64,000 bases of DNA. It comes from Malacoraja senta (Eukaryota). The stretch lies in assembly GCA_038087875.1 (NCBI GenBank), contig CM075989.1, forward strand, positions 11,036,001-11,100,000. The letters are read 5' to 3'. Positions 14,238 to 27,685 of the stretch are shown here, in pieces. The notes under the pieces are model-generated. The model was not told the DNA's origin, ran no database searches, and was given only the letters and a program-made list of their open reading frames with translations. The position numbers were made by a program, and so were the translations under genes. How positions within the stretch are numbered: position 1 is the stretch's first letter; every line of letters starts with the position of its first letter.

Positions 14238-14719
14238 CTAAAAACAGAGAGAGAGATTAATAGGACAAGACGAAAGCAAAGTATTAGAAAAAAGAAATCA
14301 CCTTATCTGAAAATGTCGCTTTATTTCTCGACTTATTACTGAAAATGTTTAAAAACATCAAAAGACTTTGAATTTAAACAAGCAGCTCTGATGACGTCAC
14401 AATGGGTCTGCTCCGCGCCGCCTCACGCACACAATCTTCCACGCGCCTCGAGTGACATCACCCCCAACCCCTCCCCCGCAGGTTATTCAAAGGACGCAGA
14501 AAGAACGAGCCCGGAAATGAAGTCGGGCCCTGTACTGGAGTGGGCAAACTCGCGGTCCTTGGGTGGACGCCCGCCCATCGCCTGGTGGGGAGGCTGCTGC
14601 TGCGGGCCGAGCCCGGCTCTACGCCCCCCCCCCACCGCCTCGCTCCTCCTTGGTCTAGTGAAAGCAGTGCTTCCAAAAATTCCTGAAATATCATTCCAAA
14701 TTAACTGGAATTTGATGGT

Positions 14720-14990
14720 ATTTCCCGGCCCGGTAAGCCTTCCCCAACTGCGCATGTGCAACTGCCGCACCAACTGCGCACGCGCGGATACCGGGCCCAC
14801 TGCCCACGTGCAAGGGGACGGCGTCCCTACCGCGTCAGATGGTCATAAATATACGAGTACATAGTTTTTTCCCCGCAAATCATCCCATGCGCCTGATTGG
14901 ACCCCTAAGCGTCTCCCCCCCCCCCGCGCGTTCGCAGTTGGGGCATCAGTCGCACATGCGCAGGTGGGGAAGGCTTACTGGGCTGGGAAA
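14720..14990. repeat. ~68-bp imperfect inverted repeat in a CpG-rich intronic insert
   Basis: Arm 14720-14787 is the reverse complement of arm 14924-14990 with scattered mismatches. Confidence 0.85.
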
Positions 14991-15524
14991 TTTCCCGAAA
15001 TTATTTAATTTCCCTAAAATTACCCAAAGAAAACCAGAATTTCCCAAATTTTGGGTAATTTCCTTCAAAGTGGAAACACTGAGTGAAAGATAAAGTTAGC
15101 TTAAACGAGATAATGCATTGGAATATCATTGAACAGGGTTCAATGGAATTTGATGGTTCGAATACCATCGGGTTAAAAAACAGCAAGAATTGCGGCCTTG
15201 TTGTTGGGTTCAGAAGTCATAAATCAGCAATATATCTCTTCACAGCTTGAAAAGGTGGAAAGAATATTCCACTCCATGCACTGTTAATTCTTGCACATCA
15301 CTGCACTGATCATTCCATACATAGAACCAGCCAAACAGCAACCAGAGTGGCCCAGGATACAGAATTTCCTTATTTTCTCAACCCAAATGAACTACCAACC
15401 TTTGCTCAGGAATTACTTGCTACCCAATGATATTTTTGACCTGCTGCAGATAAAGGTTATTCAGCCTCTGTTTGCTTCAGTCTCTCATGTTCTATCAAGA
15501 GGCTGCTCTCATATTCCCCACATC

Positions 15525-18062
15525 ATTCAATGTTCAATAGATTCAGGATCAGTTCCTGTGGATTGGAGGATAGCTAATGTTATCCCACTGTTCAAGAAAG
15601 GAGCGAGAGAGAAAACGGGGAATTACAGACCAGTTGGCCTGACTTCGGTGGTGGGAAAGATGCTGGAGTCAATTATTAAAGAGGTAATAATGGGGCATTT
15701 GGAAAGCAGTAAACGGATTAGTCCAAGTCAACATGGATTTATGAAAGGGAAATCATGCTTGACTAATCTTATGGAATTTTTTGAGGATGTGACAAGTAAA
15801 ATGGATGAAGGGGTGCCAGTGGATGTAATGTATCTAGACTTTCAGAAAGCCTTTGATAAGGTCCCTCATGGGAGACTAGTGACTAAAATTAGAGCACATG
15901 GTATTGGGGGTAGGTGTTGACATGGATAGAAAATTGGTTGGCAGACCGGAAGAAAAGAGTAGGAGTGAACGGGTCCTTTTCAGAATGGCAGGCAGTGGCG
16001 AGTGGAGTGCCGCAAGGCTCGGTGTTGGGGCCGCAACTGTTTACCATATATATTAATAATTTGGAAGAGGGAATTATGAGCAACACTAGCAAGTTTGCGG
16101 ATGACACAAAGCTGGGTGGCAGTGTGAACTGTGAAGAGGATGTTAGGAGGTTGCAGGGTGACCTGGACAGGTTGAGTGAGTGGGCAGATACGTGGCAGAT
16201 GCAGTATAATATAGATAAATGTGAGGTTATCCACTTTGGAGGCAAAAACAAGGGGGCAGATTATTATCTCAATGGGGTTACGTTAGGTAAGGGGGAGGTA
16301 CAGCGAGACTTGGGTGTCCTTGTACACCGGTCACTGAAAGTTGGCGTGCAGGTGCAGCAGGCAGTGAAGAAAGCTAATGGAATGTTGGCCTTCATAACAA
16401 GAGTGGCGGCGCGGAGTGGCGGCGCGGCCCTGGCTGCAGCGGCTCATCGGCAGTCCCGTTTGTTTGTGTTTTTTGTGTTGTTTATTTTGTTTTGGTTAGT
16501 CTAGTTTTTGGTTCTTAGTTTGTGTTTTGGGGGGGTGGGGGGTTGAAACGGGGTTTGCAGTCTCTCCCTGCGGGGGAATGCGACTTTTTTGTCGTATTCC
16601 CCTTCTCTGCCTCCGTCTGCGCTGAGGCCTAATGGAGCTGATGACCTCGAGGCTCCGGAGGCAGAGCCCGTCAGGACTCGCCCTGAGCTCGCTCCCGTGA
16701 GGGTGGTCCGGCGCAGGGCTGGAACAGTGCTCCCGTGAGAGGTTGTGGCCCTCTCGTGAGCGAGGGCGGCCAGCCCAAGGGTGGAACGAGGCTCCCGTTG
16801 GAGCGGCCGAGCTCGGGGAGGTGCGGCGCTCGCAGCCCGAGGGAGATTCGGCGCCCATGTCGGGGCGGCCCGGCCGGAGGGAGAAGCGACGCCCAAGTCG
16901 GGGCAGCCCGGCCAGGGGGAGAAGCGACGCCCAAGTCAGGGCAGCCCGGCCAGAGGGAGAAGCGACGCCCATGTCGGGGCGGCCTGGCCCGGGGAAGAAG
17001 CGACGCCCATGTCGGGGCGGCCCAGCCCGAGGCTGAAGACGGCACGGTACTCACGTGAGGGTGGCTGGGACGGTGTTCTGCCGGTGGTGGCCCGAGTCCG
17101 GGGTTCAGCCGCGGGCCAGCGGCTGCGTCTGCAGGATTGGTGGGCGGCAGCTTCGACCATCCCGGGCCGCGGTATTTGAGCCGCGGGACTGATTATAACA
17201 TCGCCCGAGGGGTATCGCCTCAGCGCAGAGGGAGAAGAGGAGGGAAGAGACTGCAGACCTAAGACTTTTGCCTCCATCACAGTGAGGAGATGCTGGGTGG
17301 ACTCACTGTGGTGGATGTTAATATGTGTTTACTGTTGTTTTTGTTGTATTATATGTATGACTGCTGCAATTTCGTCCAGACTTCGGTCTGAATGACAATA
17401 AAGGCATATCTAATCTAATCTAATCTAATCTAAGAGGATTTCAGTATAGGAGTAAAGAGGTTCTTCTGCAGTTGTATATGGCTCTGGTGAGACCACATCT
17501 GGAGTATTGTGTACAGTTTTGGTCTCCTAATTTGAGGAAAGACATCCTTGTGATTGAGGCAATGCAGCGTAGGTTCACGAGATTGATCCCTGGGATGGCG
17601 GGACTGTCATATGAGGAAAGATTGAAAAGACTAGGCTTGTATTCACTGGAGTTTAGAAGGATGAGGGGGATCTTATAGAAACATATAAAATTATAAAAGG
17701 ACTGGACAAACTAGATGCAGGAAAAATGTTCCCAATGTTGGGTGAGTCCAGAACCAGGGGCCACAGTCTTAGAATAAAGCGGAGGTCATTTAAGACTGAG
17801 GTGAGAAAACCCTTTTTCACCCAGAGAGTTGTGAATTTATGGAATTCCCTGCCACAGAGGGCAGTGGAGGCCAAATCACTGGATGGATTTAAGAGAGAGT
17901 TAGATAGGGCTCTAGGGGCTAGTGGAGTCAAGGGATATGGGGAGAAGGCAGGCACGGGTTATTGATAGGGGATGATCAGCCATGATCACAATGAATGGCG
18001 GTGCTGGCTCGAAGGGCCGAATGGCCTCCTCCTGCACCTATTTTCTATGTTTCTATGTTTCT
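15525..18062 (+). mobile_element. CR1 LINE, 5'-truncated, young, interrupted by an insertion at 16403-17431
   Basis: RT motifs [61 protein letters not shown]. Frameshift near 15915; (TTTCTATG)n tail. Confidence 0.95.
16403..17431 (+). mobile_element. GC-rich non-autonomous retroelement, copy 1, nested in CR1
   Basis: AAGAG duplicated at both junctions, internal ~38-bp tandem units, AATAAAG then (CTAAT)n tail. A close homolog lies at 47618-48459. Confidence 0.85.
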
Positions 18063-19319
18063 ATTCCATACATTACACAGCCGGTGATCCAATCCAGTAC
18101 AATTCCCACACAAACATTCGCTGTAACCATCCCAAGCTCCGACCTTGCATATTCAATCAAGCTTTCTTCAAACATCATTGGCATCCTTCCAAAGGATGCC
18201 CATACTTCTCACCCAGCACGCATTCCTATCATTTCCGCTGAGCCTCAGCAATCTGCTATTGAGCCCCTTCTATTCATTGTGCAGCTGTCTGGCAATAATT
18301 TGAATACAGAAAACAATACCCATTTATGTCTCCCAACATGACTACTCCCAAGACAGCTAGACGTTTTTGTCCAACATCCTTGTATAGGATGAGTCACAGT
18401 TTCCTGCAGTTTAATGCAACAAAAGTGAAGTCATTCTTGTCAATTTTTACCGACAAAAGCCCACAGAACTCAATACGATCAACTATCTGATTGGTGGAAG
18501 CGGTTTATTTTCATGAAAATTAAGACGGGTAAAGTTGAACCACAAATTAAGTCGTTTCTCTGGAAGTGACAAAGCAGAACGAGTGGGCCATCTGGCTTCC
18601 TTCCATCCTGTATCATTCTATGATTAAGAGATCTGATTTTTAAAGTGTTTAGCGACCATGAGATCACATAAGCCCAGGTGCACTGAGCGGAGGTGTTCAG
18701 CGAAACGATCACCGAGTCTGTGGTTGGTCTCGCCGAAATATAGGAGACCACACCTGGAACAGCAGATACAGCAAGTTCTTCTATAAACTCAATGAAGGCA
18801 GAAAGGTTCAAAAGGTTACTGCCTGCACAGCAAAGTCCAATGAGTCAATATTTAATTTCATTGCAGCTGCATTTAATCTGGGCTGCTTGCTAGAATTTGA
18901 CTCGCCTCCAAGAGCCGAGCTGTACATGTAAAACCAAAGGTCATGCAAACAAAAGGCGATAATGTAAAATCAAGATACAACAAGTATATTGGTGATAAAA
19001 GCAAACTACTCTCAGGACAGGTTTTTCAAGTTGTACAGAATCAGGGTATAATGAGAAAAAAATTATATTGCTATCATTACGCAAGATGAAATGACACTAG
19101 AATTCTAACAAGCAATACATTTCTAGATACATTAATGGGGCTGCAGATTCTAGTATATGAACCCAAATAAGCTTGTGGCCTTAAAATTGATGATTAAATA
19201 GAGGCTTTAGGCTTTTAAAATTTTCTTCCTAAACCACCAACAACCAGACAAATCCGAGGACGGATTATTGTTTAGTATCAGCAAATTGGCAATACATGTT
19301 ACAGAGTCGTGGGCTTTCG

Positions 19320-20120
19320 AAACCAACCATTGACTTCTACAAGGGGAAGCCAGGGGGCCACATGCCAGTTGGCAGTTGAGGGAATGAGCAGATTTGAGAG
19401 CATTAACATTTCAGATGACCTGTCCTCTATTCATGAAGAAGGTACGCCGATGCCTCTGCTTTCTTAGAAGTTTAAAGAGATTTGGCATACCACTGAATAC
19501 TCTAAATTTGCTACAGATGCACAGTAAAAAGGGGCCTGACTGGTTGCATCATGGTCTGATGCGGCAATTCCAACACACAGGATCATAAGTTGCTGAGATT
19601 AGTGGATTCAACACAGTCCAACATGGGCACAGACCTCCCACCAACAAAAACAATTGTCAAGGATCCCCACCACCTGGGCAAGGCCCTCATTACTTTTCAT
19701 TGTATCTGTACCTCAACGCGCTTGTGCATCTGACAAACTTCACTCCTCGCTGCTACCGTCAGGTTAGAGGTACAGCTCCTCAAGTACCACACTATCAGGT
19801 TCAGGAACAGGTACTTTCGGACAATAATCAAGTTCTTGAACCCAGTTGCACAATCCTAATCCTACCGCGACAATTGAACACTATGGATTACCTCTTGCAC
19901 TATCATTAATTTGTTTCCTCCCCCCCCAATTCTGCTTTGCACAAATGTCTTTTTTTTCCTTGCAGTCTTTCTTTTTACTGTCCTCAAAATTTTGTGTGTA
20001 AATTATGTATAATTTATGTTTTTGTGTGTTATCCAAGTCTACATGCCTATGATGTCGCTGCAAGAAAGATTTTCATTGCATCTGCACTTCACCGTACATA
20101 TGCATATGACAATAAACTCA
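19320..20120 (+). mobile_element. Rex/Babar-L2-type LINE 3' fragment (related pieces at 12190-12800, 42740-43110, 57020-57750, 60240-60450)
   Basis: KKVRRCLCFLRSLKRFG and DPHHP...RFRNS-like remnants; TGACAATAAA tail. Confidence 0.65.
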
Positions 20121-20129
20121 ACTTAGTTT

Positions 20130-20410
20130 AGTGATACAGCATGGAAAGAGGTTCTTAGGCCCACCGAGTTTGTGCCAACCAACAATCACCCTGACACTAG
20201 TTCTATCCTACACAAACGGACAATTTACAGAAGCCAATTAATGTACAAACCTGCGCATCTTTGGCGTGTGGTAGGAGACTGGAGAACCCAGAGAAACCCC
20301 ACGCAGTCAAATGGAGAATGTACAAACTCCATACAGACAGCACCCGTAGTCAGGATCAAACCCAAGTCTGTGGTGCTGCACGGCAGCAACTCTGCCACTG
20401 CGCCACCAAC
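20130..20410 (-). mobile_element. tRNA-derived SINE (HE1-like)
   Basis: GGTGGCGCAGTGG A-box-like head, B-box-like GGTTTGATCC, CR1-type tail. Confidence 0.8.
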
Positions 20411-21324
20411 AAGGCCTGCAGAACTGCTGTCAAAATCCCACTTGTCTAGAAGACTCCATTACAGCATTCAAGGATGCTCCATATCCCAGTTAACTATTAT
20501 TTCTCAAACACTACCCAGAAAGCCACTCAGCATTTGTTTTCTACAACTAATTCAAAATTATGGTACCAGATATTTTCACTTCTTCCTTGTTCTACATATC
20601 TTCACACCCTCATAAAACATGCAAATCTTCAAATTATTCACACATTTAACTTTGTTCTATTTTAAAGATAGTGACAGGTAAAACAGATGAGAGGGTTTTT
20701 TTTTTGTTTAAATGCAACAATTTACAGATTGGAGTGCATTGTCTGCAAGTTGATTCTATAACATTCAGAAGGGATCTAAAAATATAATTGGATTGAAGTC
20801 TGTGGTGGGGAATGGAATCATTGGACAATGAAAAAAGGACACAGAAAAGCAGTTACTTCAAAAAACCATGACAGTCAAATTGGATCAAATCGCCTCCTAC
20901 TATGATATTTGAATACGATTGGCTTAGTATCTTCTCACTGTGTAAACTGGCATTGATGATTCACAATATTAAAGATTGCTCTACAGGATACTATAGCCAC
21001 AGAATTAATTTCAACCGATTTAAGCCAGTTTATATGAAGAAACTGCACTGATTTTTACCAGGCTAAAATACAGCAGTGAATAAAGTATTTCAATTTGAAA
21101 GTCAAAATGAGATCAAGAACTCAGCGGTAGTGGAAAAAAGCAGAGGCAGAATCATTTATCAACATAAATGGTAATATGACACTGCATTAGAGAAGAGCCA
21201 GTCCCTCAGGATCAGTCACTCCCTCAAGCATGCACACTAAATAGTTTTACATTTTCAGCTTCACATCAACTTGTTAATGACATTATTTTTACAGCCAGAG
21301 ACTTTAAAAGACTTTAATTTAACC

Positions 21325-21750
21325 CCAATTAGTTTTGAGGTACAGCATGGAAACAGGCCCTTCGGCCCACCAAAGAAAGACACAAAATGCTGGAGCAACT
21401 CAGCGGGACAGGCAGCATCTCTGGAGAGAAGGAATGGGTGATGTTTCGGGTCGAAACCTTCTTCAGCCCACCAACTCCATGCTGCCCATTGGTCACCCAT
21501 TCTCACTAAATCTATATTATCCCACTTTCTTTTCAATTCCCTACACATTGGGCCCATTTTACTGAGCCCAACTAACCTACAATCCTGCATGTCTTTGGGA
21601 TGTGGGAGGAAACCAGTGCACCCAGCGGAAACCAACACAGTCATATGGAGAACGTGGGGGAAAAAAAAGACGGGACCCAAGGCGAGGATGAAACCTGTGT
21701 CTCTGGCGTTGCAAGGCAGCAGCTCTACCAGCGGCATGACCGTGCTGCCC
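21325..21750 (-). mobile_element. tRNA-derived SINE (HE1-like) with a nested hammerhead-core element (21374-21465)
   Basis: Same family as the 20130 copy; GCCCACCAA duplicated around the nested insert. Confidence 0.8.
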
Positions 21751-24105
21751 TGGTCATTAACGCAAAGAGTTTTCCACAAGCTCATTTCTCAAGTTAATTC
21801 AGCTTCCCAATGTAATTTGTAGCATCAATGTACTTTGCACCATAAGCAGCAACAACCTTCCTACCCAACAGTCCATTATTTGCATTAGATAGAGCATGTC
21901 AGCAGGCATGTGCAAGCACTAGTCAGGAACAGAGAATTGTAGTTATTTTGCTCCTAAATTCAAGGACTTTAATCAGCAGTGGCTGAAAATATATTTCTGA
22001 CACAACTGACTGCAACAAATATGAAATTCAGAATAGAACATTAATATTCATACTATTTTAAAGTTACTTCTATCACAGAACTTTCACCACTTAATTCTGA
22101 ATCGCTGTGAACATTAATTTTCTAGAGAATTTTGGGGGGGATTTATATCATTCCAAACACCAAAAACAGTATTATTTTTTCAGTCTTAATTAAAAATTCT
22201 AACTAGTCTTTACAATACCTGCATTCTTGACGATACCACACATCTAAGCTGTTTGAATAGGTGAAATAATAAAGAATTACATATATGGCATTTTCTCTCA
22301 TGAACCTATCCTATAGTTGTACATTTAGCACTAAAATAGGCACTTTCAGCACCCAGCAAAAATATAATGCATTTTTTGTTGTTGCCTACTAATGATAGGC
22401 ACCGTGACAAGGCATTAATCACCCCCCAAGAGTGTGTCTTCAGAATGGCACGCAGTTGCCCAAAATGGACAATGGTACTGTTGTGTTAATTATTTCATTT
22501 TACAATAATTATATAAAAAGATTCTATCTTGAATTCTGATTTTATTTAATGATTTTCCATGTGTGCAAAGAAATAATGCCTTTTATATTGTCCCAATTTA
22601 TCTTAAAAAATCAAATTTATATTTTGTATTATGTATACTAAATTTATATACTTGACATTACTGGAGCAAGCGATAGTTATCTACCCAGAATAATTTATAT
22701 GCGGTTATACAATTTCTTTTCTGGGATGTATCCCCAATTCAGAGAATGGGTTTATTTTATTTTTTTCTGCCAAGCAATAAATTGTAGAGACACCCCTATG
22801 GCAAGCTACACTCTGGCTTTAACCAATGCCGAGGAACAACAAGCCATTCAATCTTTCAAACCAGTTCAATCATTTAAAATCTTATCTGACCTATGGCCCA
22901 ACACCATGTGGAGGAAGGAACTGCAGATGCTGGTTTACACTGAAGATAGACACAAAATGCTGGAGTAACTCAGCTGGACAGGCAACATCTCTGGAGAGAA
23001 GGAATGGGTGAGGTTTCAGGTCAAGACCCTTCTTCAGACCCAACCCAATTCATTTGTCCTTTCCCCTTATGCCTTAAACCATTAGATTTTAAATCAACCA
23101 CTTACATCATGCTTCTCCAACTCAGCTCATGAGCAAAGAGCAGAAGAAGGTATGCAGACCCAAAACCAACACATTCCCAAATGGCTAATTCAAAAGTACC
23201 TTGCGTCTCTTCGCTTCTCTCTGTACTGATCATTCATCGGGAGAAGAGAACAAAGGTGAACAAAGCCAAGGGTTGCCCTTTAACCAGTTACAGTGGATGG
23301 ACAAGAGCTGACTTATCTTCTCACCTTTCATTCTTCTCCCATTTGAGGCCCAATCACTGCTTTGGCCAAAATCAAGAACAAGGAAGGAAACTAACTTACT
23401 GAAAGAGACCGGATACAATCTGCAGTAAACAGCAGAAAAGAGTGTAGCTTGCAAAATTCTAAATTTCTGACAGCAAATTCTTAATTCTTAATAGTTCTGT
23501 GCATGCACATGGATTTGCAGTAGAGATTATTAAAAACAAAACAACATTTAGAACAAATGGATCTCTGTCAGCCCAGAATGTTTCACTAATAGAATGCCAC
23601 ACAGATCAATACTGGGCCTCAGATCTTGACAGGTCATATTATTGACCAATTATAAGAATGTGTATTGCAATCATATTTGCTGATGATAAAACTGGTTGGG
23701 AAATGGGGAGGTCAGAAGAGTGGTAAAAGCTCAAGTGGACAAATGTGTGAAATGGAGTATTATGGGCAGAAACGTAAAGGTTATTCATTCTTGATAGTAG
23801 AGAAATAGCTCTCTAAATGACAAACCAGCAATAATGGTTTGTGCGGAAGAATCGATATACTGCTTAAATGAAATGAAAAAAAACAGGTGCAGCAAATGAT
23901 GACGAAGAAACATGGGATATTACTGTGAGGAGCTTAGTGCACAAATTAAGGAAGCTTTGCTGAAATTGTACAGAGCTTGATGAGACAATATCATCAGTAT
24001 TGCATGCAGGCTTGGTTTCTGTTTGCAAAGATGCTCGCCTTAGAGTCATTGCAGCAGGGTTCTCCAAAAGTGCTTCCAGGGATGTAGGGATTGTCCTGTT
24101 AAGAG

Positions 24106-24730
24106 TTAGAAACATAGAAAAATAGGTGCAGGAGTAAGCCATTCAGCCCTTCGAGCCAGCACCACCATTCAATATGATCGTGGCTGATCATCTGCAATCA
24201 GTACCCCGTTCCTGCTTTTTCCCCCATATCCCTCGAGTCCTTTAACCCTAAGAGCTAAATCTAACTCTCTCTTGAAAACATCCAGTGATCTGGCCTCCAC
24301 TGCCTTCTGTGGCAGAGAATTTCACAGATTCACAACTCTCTGGGTGAAAAAGTTCTTACTCATCTCAGTCCTAAATGGCCTACCCCTTATTCTTAAACAG
24401 TGACCCCTGGTTCTGTACTCCCCAACATCGGGAACATTTTTCCTGCATCTAGCCTGTCCAATCCTTTAAGAATTTTATATGTTTCTACTATAAGATCCTA
24501 TCCCATCCTTCTAAATTCCAGTGAATACAAGCCCAGTCGACCCATTCTTTCCTCATATGTCAGTCCCGCCATCCCGGGAATTAATCTGGTGAACCTACGC
24601 TGCACTCCCTCAATCGCAATAATGTCCTTCCTCAAATTAGGAGACCAAAATTGCACACAATACTCCAGGTGCGGTTTCACCAGGGTCCTATACAACTACA
24701 GTAGGACCTTGTTGCTCATAAACTCAAATC
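24106..24730 (-). mobile_element. CR1 3' fragment
   Basis: [18 protein letters not shown] and the same 3' UTR/tail as the 15525 element. Confidence 0.9.
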
Positions 24731-26312
24731 TATGTTTTTCTATGTTTCGAAATTTTACTGACAACTTTGGAATTTTTTTAATGTCTTTATCCCTGAAACT
24801 GTACATGCACTACCTATATGCAAATCAGAGACTGTCATTCCTTTAGGGAGAACAAAGGAATCAAGAGGCGAGTGTTGAGCAAGAAAATGATAGTAATGTG
24901 GTAAGGCATGAACCTTATCACAATCTCAATGGGCTGCACAACTCCCTATTTTTAAGAATTCTCCATCTCACAAATTCCACATGTAGTAACAGAATTAAGT
25001 ATGCTGCTTACTGCCATTTATCTGTGTGGAGCTGAAAAGTCAAGTCAATTGAAGAACAATCAAGCAAAGGGATATAATCCCAAATCCTATTTGAAGAGAT
25101 TTGCAAACCAAGCCACAAAGGCCCAATTTCATTCTACAGTTTATACACCATGTCAATGTATCAAGAGTAAAGGTTTGTAAATAGAGGAATGAATATCTGT
25201 AAAGGATGCAAATGTTATTTCTCCCATAAACAATTGGCATAACCAAGAGGAATCTTCCAACACTGGATGAGTTTATCAAAATTCATATCTCTTCCACTAA
25301 TGTTTTTTTCAGCCCAGAGACAAAAATTCCAATCTTGCCCACATTACATATTAGCCTACGCCAAGAGATATTTGTTCTTCAATGAAAACATTAGTTACTA
25401 ATTATTATCCAGTAATTTGTAGTCTGCCTTGCATAGAAAATGCCACTTGAAAAAGATGTTTCTTGTGGCATTTGTTTAATAATATTTGGGGAACAGCCTC
25501 TCATTACATGAGATCTTCATTCCTGCAAATTTGCTAAATAAATAGAACAGATGACATTAACACTGCCAACTTTAACTGATAGTTTCTATACATCCTCTGG
25601 TCTTAGGGAGCAATGGTGACTTTTAAATATTGTTTCAAGTGAAGAGGATGGGACATAGAGCTCTTTCCAACAATTTAGACAATGAGAAACGTCATCTTAA
25701 AGTACGACCAGCCAACGGAACTATGCATGATCACTTGCTACCAATACTCCTCCAAATCCACCCCAGCCCTGTACTTTGCCAAAGTCAATTACAAAAGCCC
25801 ACGTGTTCCATTTGGAGGCGCGAAGGAAAGGCCAGCACACACAATTGCACTTATACAGTACGTTATCAACTGCATTCTTATAACTGAACCAACAATCCTC
25901 TTCCTCTACCCCACCAAAAAGAAAAATTTCCAGCATATTCAGAAAGAACTTCTCCCTCATTTCATAGATCATTTACATATTATACCCCTCTGTTGCATAC
26001 TCGGATCAAACTGGTACAAGGAAGTTCAATGTTTACCCAACATAGCACTGACAGGATAAACTAAATCACATTGAGAACATGCCTGGTCTATTAGAAATGT
26101 CCATCCAATTTATAGATGGTCTGTAATTTAAATGCCATTGAGTTTTTTTCCATTATTTAGATGATACATTACTTCAACATATCTGGACACTTGCTGCAAG
26201 TGTTCATTATGCTGGCTTCCATTTAGTTCCAACCTTCAAAGTGTTTATTCAGCCAGGAATATTTAATATCTTTCACACATCATATTTCTGTTGTAAAATA
26301 TTTCATACTTAC

Positions 26313-26380
26313 TTCTTATTCCAGCCACTATAATGTATGAAGTATTTCACTTGTTTGTCCTTTATAGCAACCTTTACGCA
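26313..26380 (-). CDS. MORF4L1: MORF4L1 coding exon 3 (CVKVAIKDKQVKYFIHYSGWNK)
   Basis: 68 nt, tag|...|gtaagt; chromo-barrel HYSGWN motif. Confidence 0.97.
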
Positions 26381-27685
26381 CTATATTAAAAAAGAAAAAT
26401 ATTGTAAATTTCAAATGTATTAACACCCCAGCAAGTTAAATAGACCACTGGGAATATGATATTTAAATAATAAGCATTATCGTGACTGATATTTACCAAA
26501 TAACATTCCCACCTTCACAGCTACTAAGATTACTGAAAAGAATGGTTGCACAAAAAAGATATCTGTAACCAATTAAATATTTAAATAAAAACTAATAATG
26601 TGTCAAAGAAAATAACTGCAAACTCCCTGATCCCTTCCCTGTTTTACACTGGAGCACAGATTTGAGATTCTCAATACCATCCAGAATGCTCCTTCTCCAC
26701 TTTCAATCATGGGCCAGGGATTCCCAGGGGAAAATGGAAAATGTTGAACATTTTCAATACTGCTTTCAGAGCATCATTTCACATTTTCCTGTGTCAGCCT
26801 GGTAATCTCTTCCTGTTGCACAGCTCAGAATAGAGTGCCAGAAGAAGGTAAAGCGATCTGCAAAAAGAGCTTTGCCATTTGATAAAAAACTTCTCCGAGT
26901 TATACAAATCAAATGTCTCGAATTTCATGCGCTGTTTAAAGTGACTGAAGGCATAACTCAGAGGAGCAGTGAAGGTCTGATAGTTAACATTTGCAAGATT
27001 TAAAAAAATATTTTATTGTTTTACTGAAGGAGGGAATCCATGCACAATCTGTCCACGTCTTTAATAGTGACACTGATTGTGTATTTGGAAGGTGCTGTTG
27101 CAATAGTCTAATTACAGAGCATTTTGTACATGATATTATACATGATACTGCAGCCATGGTGTATCAGTTGCTGATGTTGTGAAAGGGAGAGGTTTCACTG
27201 CTAAATGTTCTTCAATAGCCCCTACTAAAAGAGAATTAGAGGGAATACCAGTGATTAAAAGGGATGAATCTAATTGCAGCCCTTACTTCCTGTACACTCA
27301 TTCCTAAAGGTAGGCACATAACCTAAAAATATTGTGATTCATACTGTATGAATGTTTGGCAATTAAAATTTAAATTCAATTTTTAAAGACATATACACTT
27401 TAATTCTCAGCGATAATCAAAATGTTTTTTTATTATCTAGACAAAAACTATGGCCCTTGTTCAGCTAAGGCCCAGGAACTGATGGAATGCGCAGCTTTTG
27501 GTATATGGCAAATTAGATTTCTGTAAGTACTGTACTTAATACCCCTCTGTGAGGCACCCAGCTAAAGCAATGAACACTTGCTTTGAACAAATCACCACAT
27601 ATTTGGAAAATTTCCAATTGATTGCCAGTCTGTGAAATTGCCACTCAGATGATGTGAGAATAAAACATTATTGGTGCAGCATAAG

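Noticed and set aside
14391-14864. 157-aa ORF in the intronic CpG block
   Set aside because: Low-complexity GC-rich translation with no domain signature.
16496-17280. Multiple overlapping ORFs in the GC-rich elements (also 47653-48378 and 52839-53680)
   Set aside because: Stop-poor GC-rich repeat sequence with no recognisable domains, and frames differ between copies.
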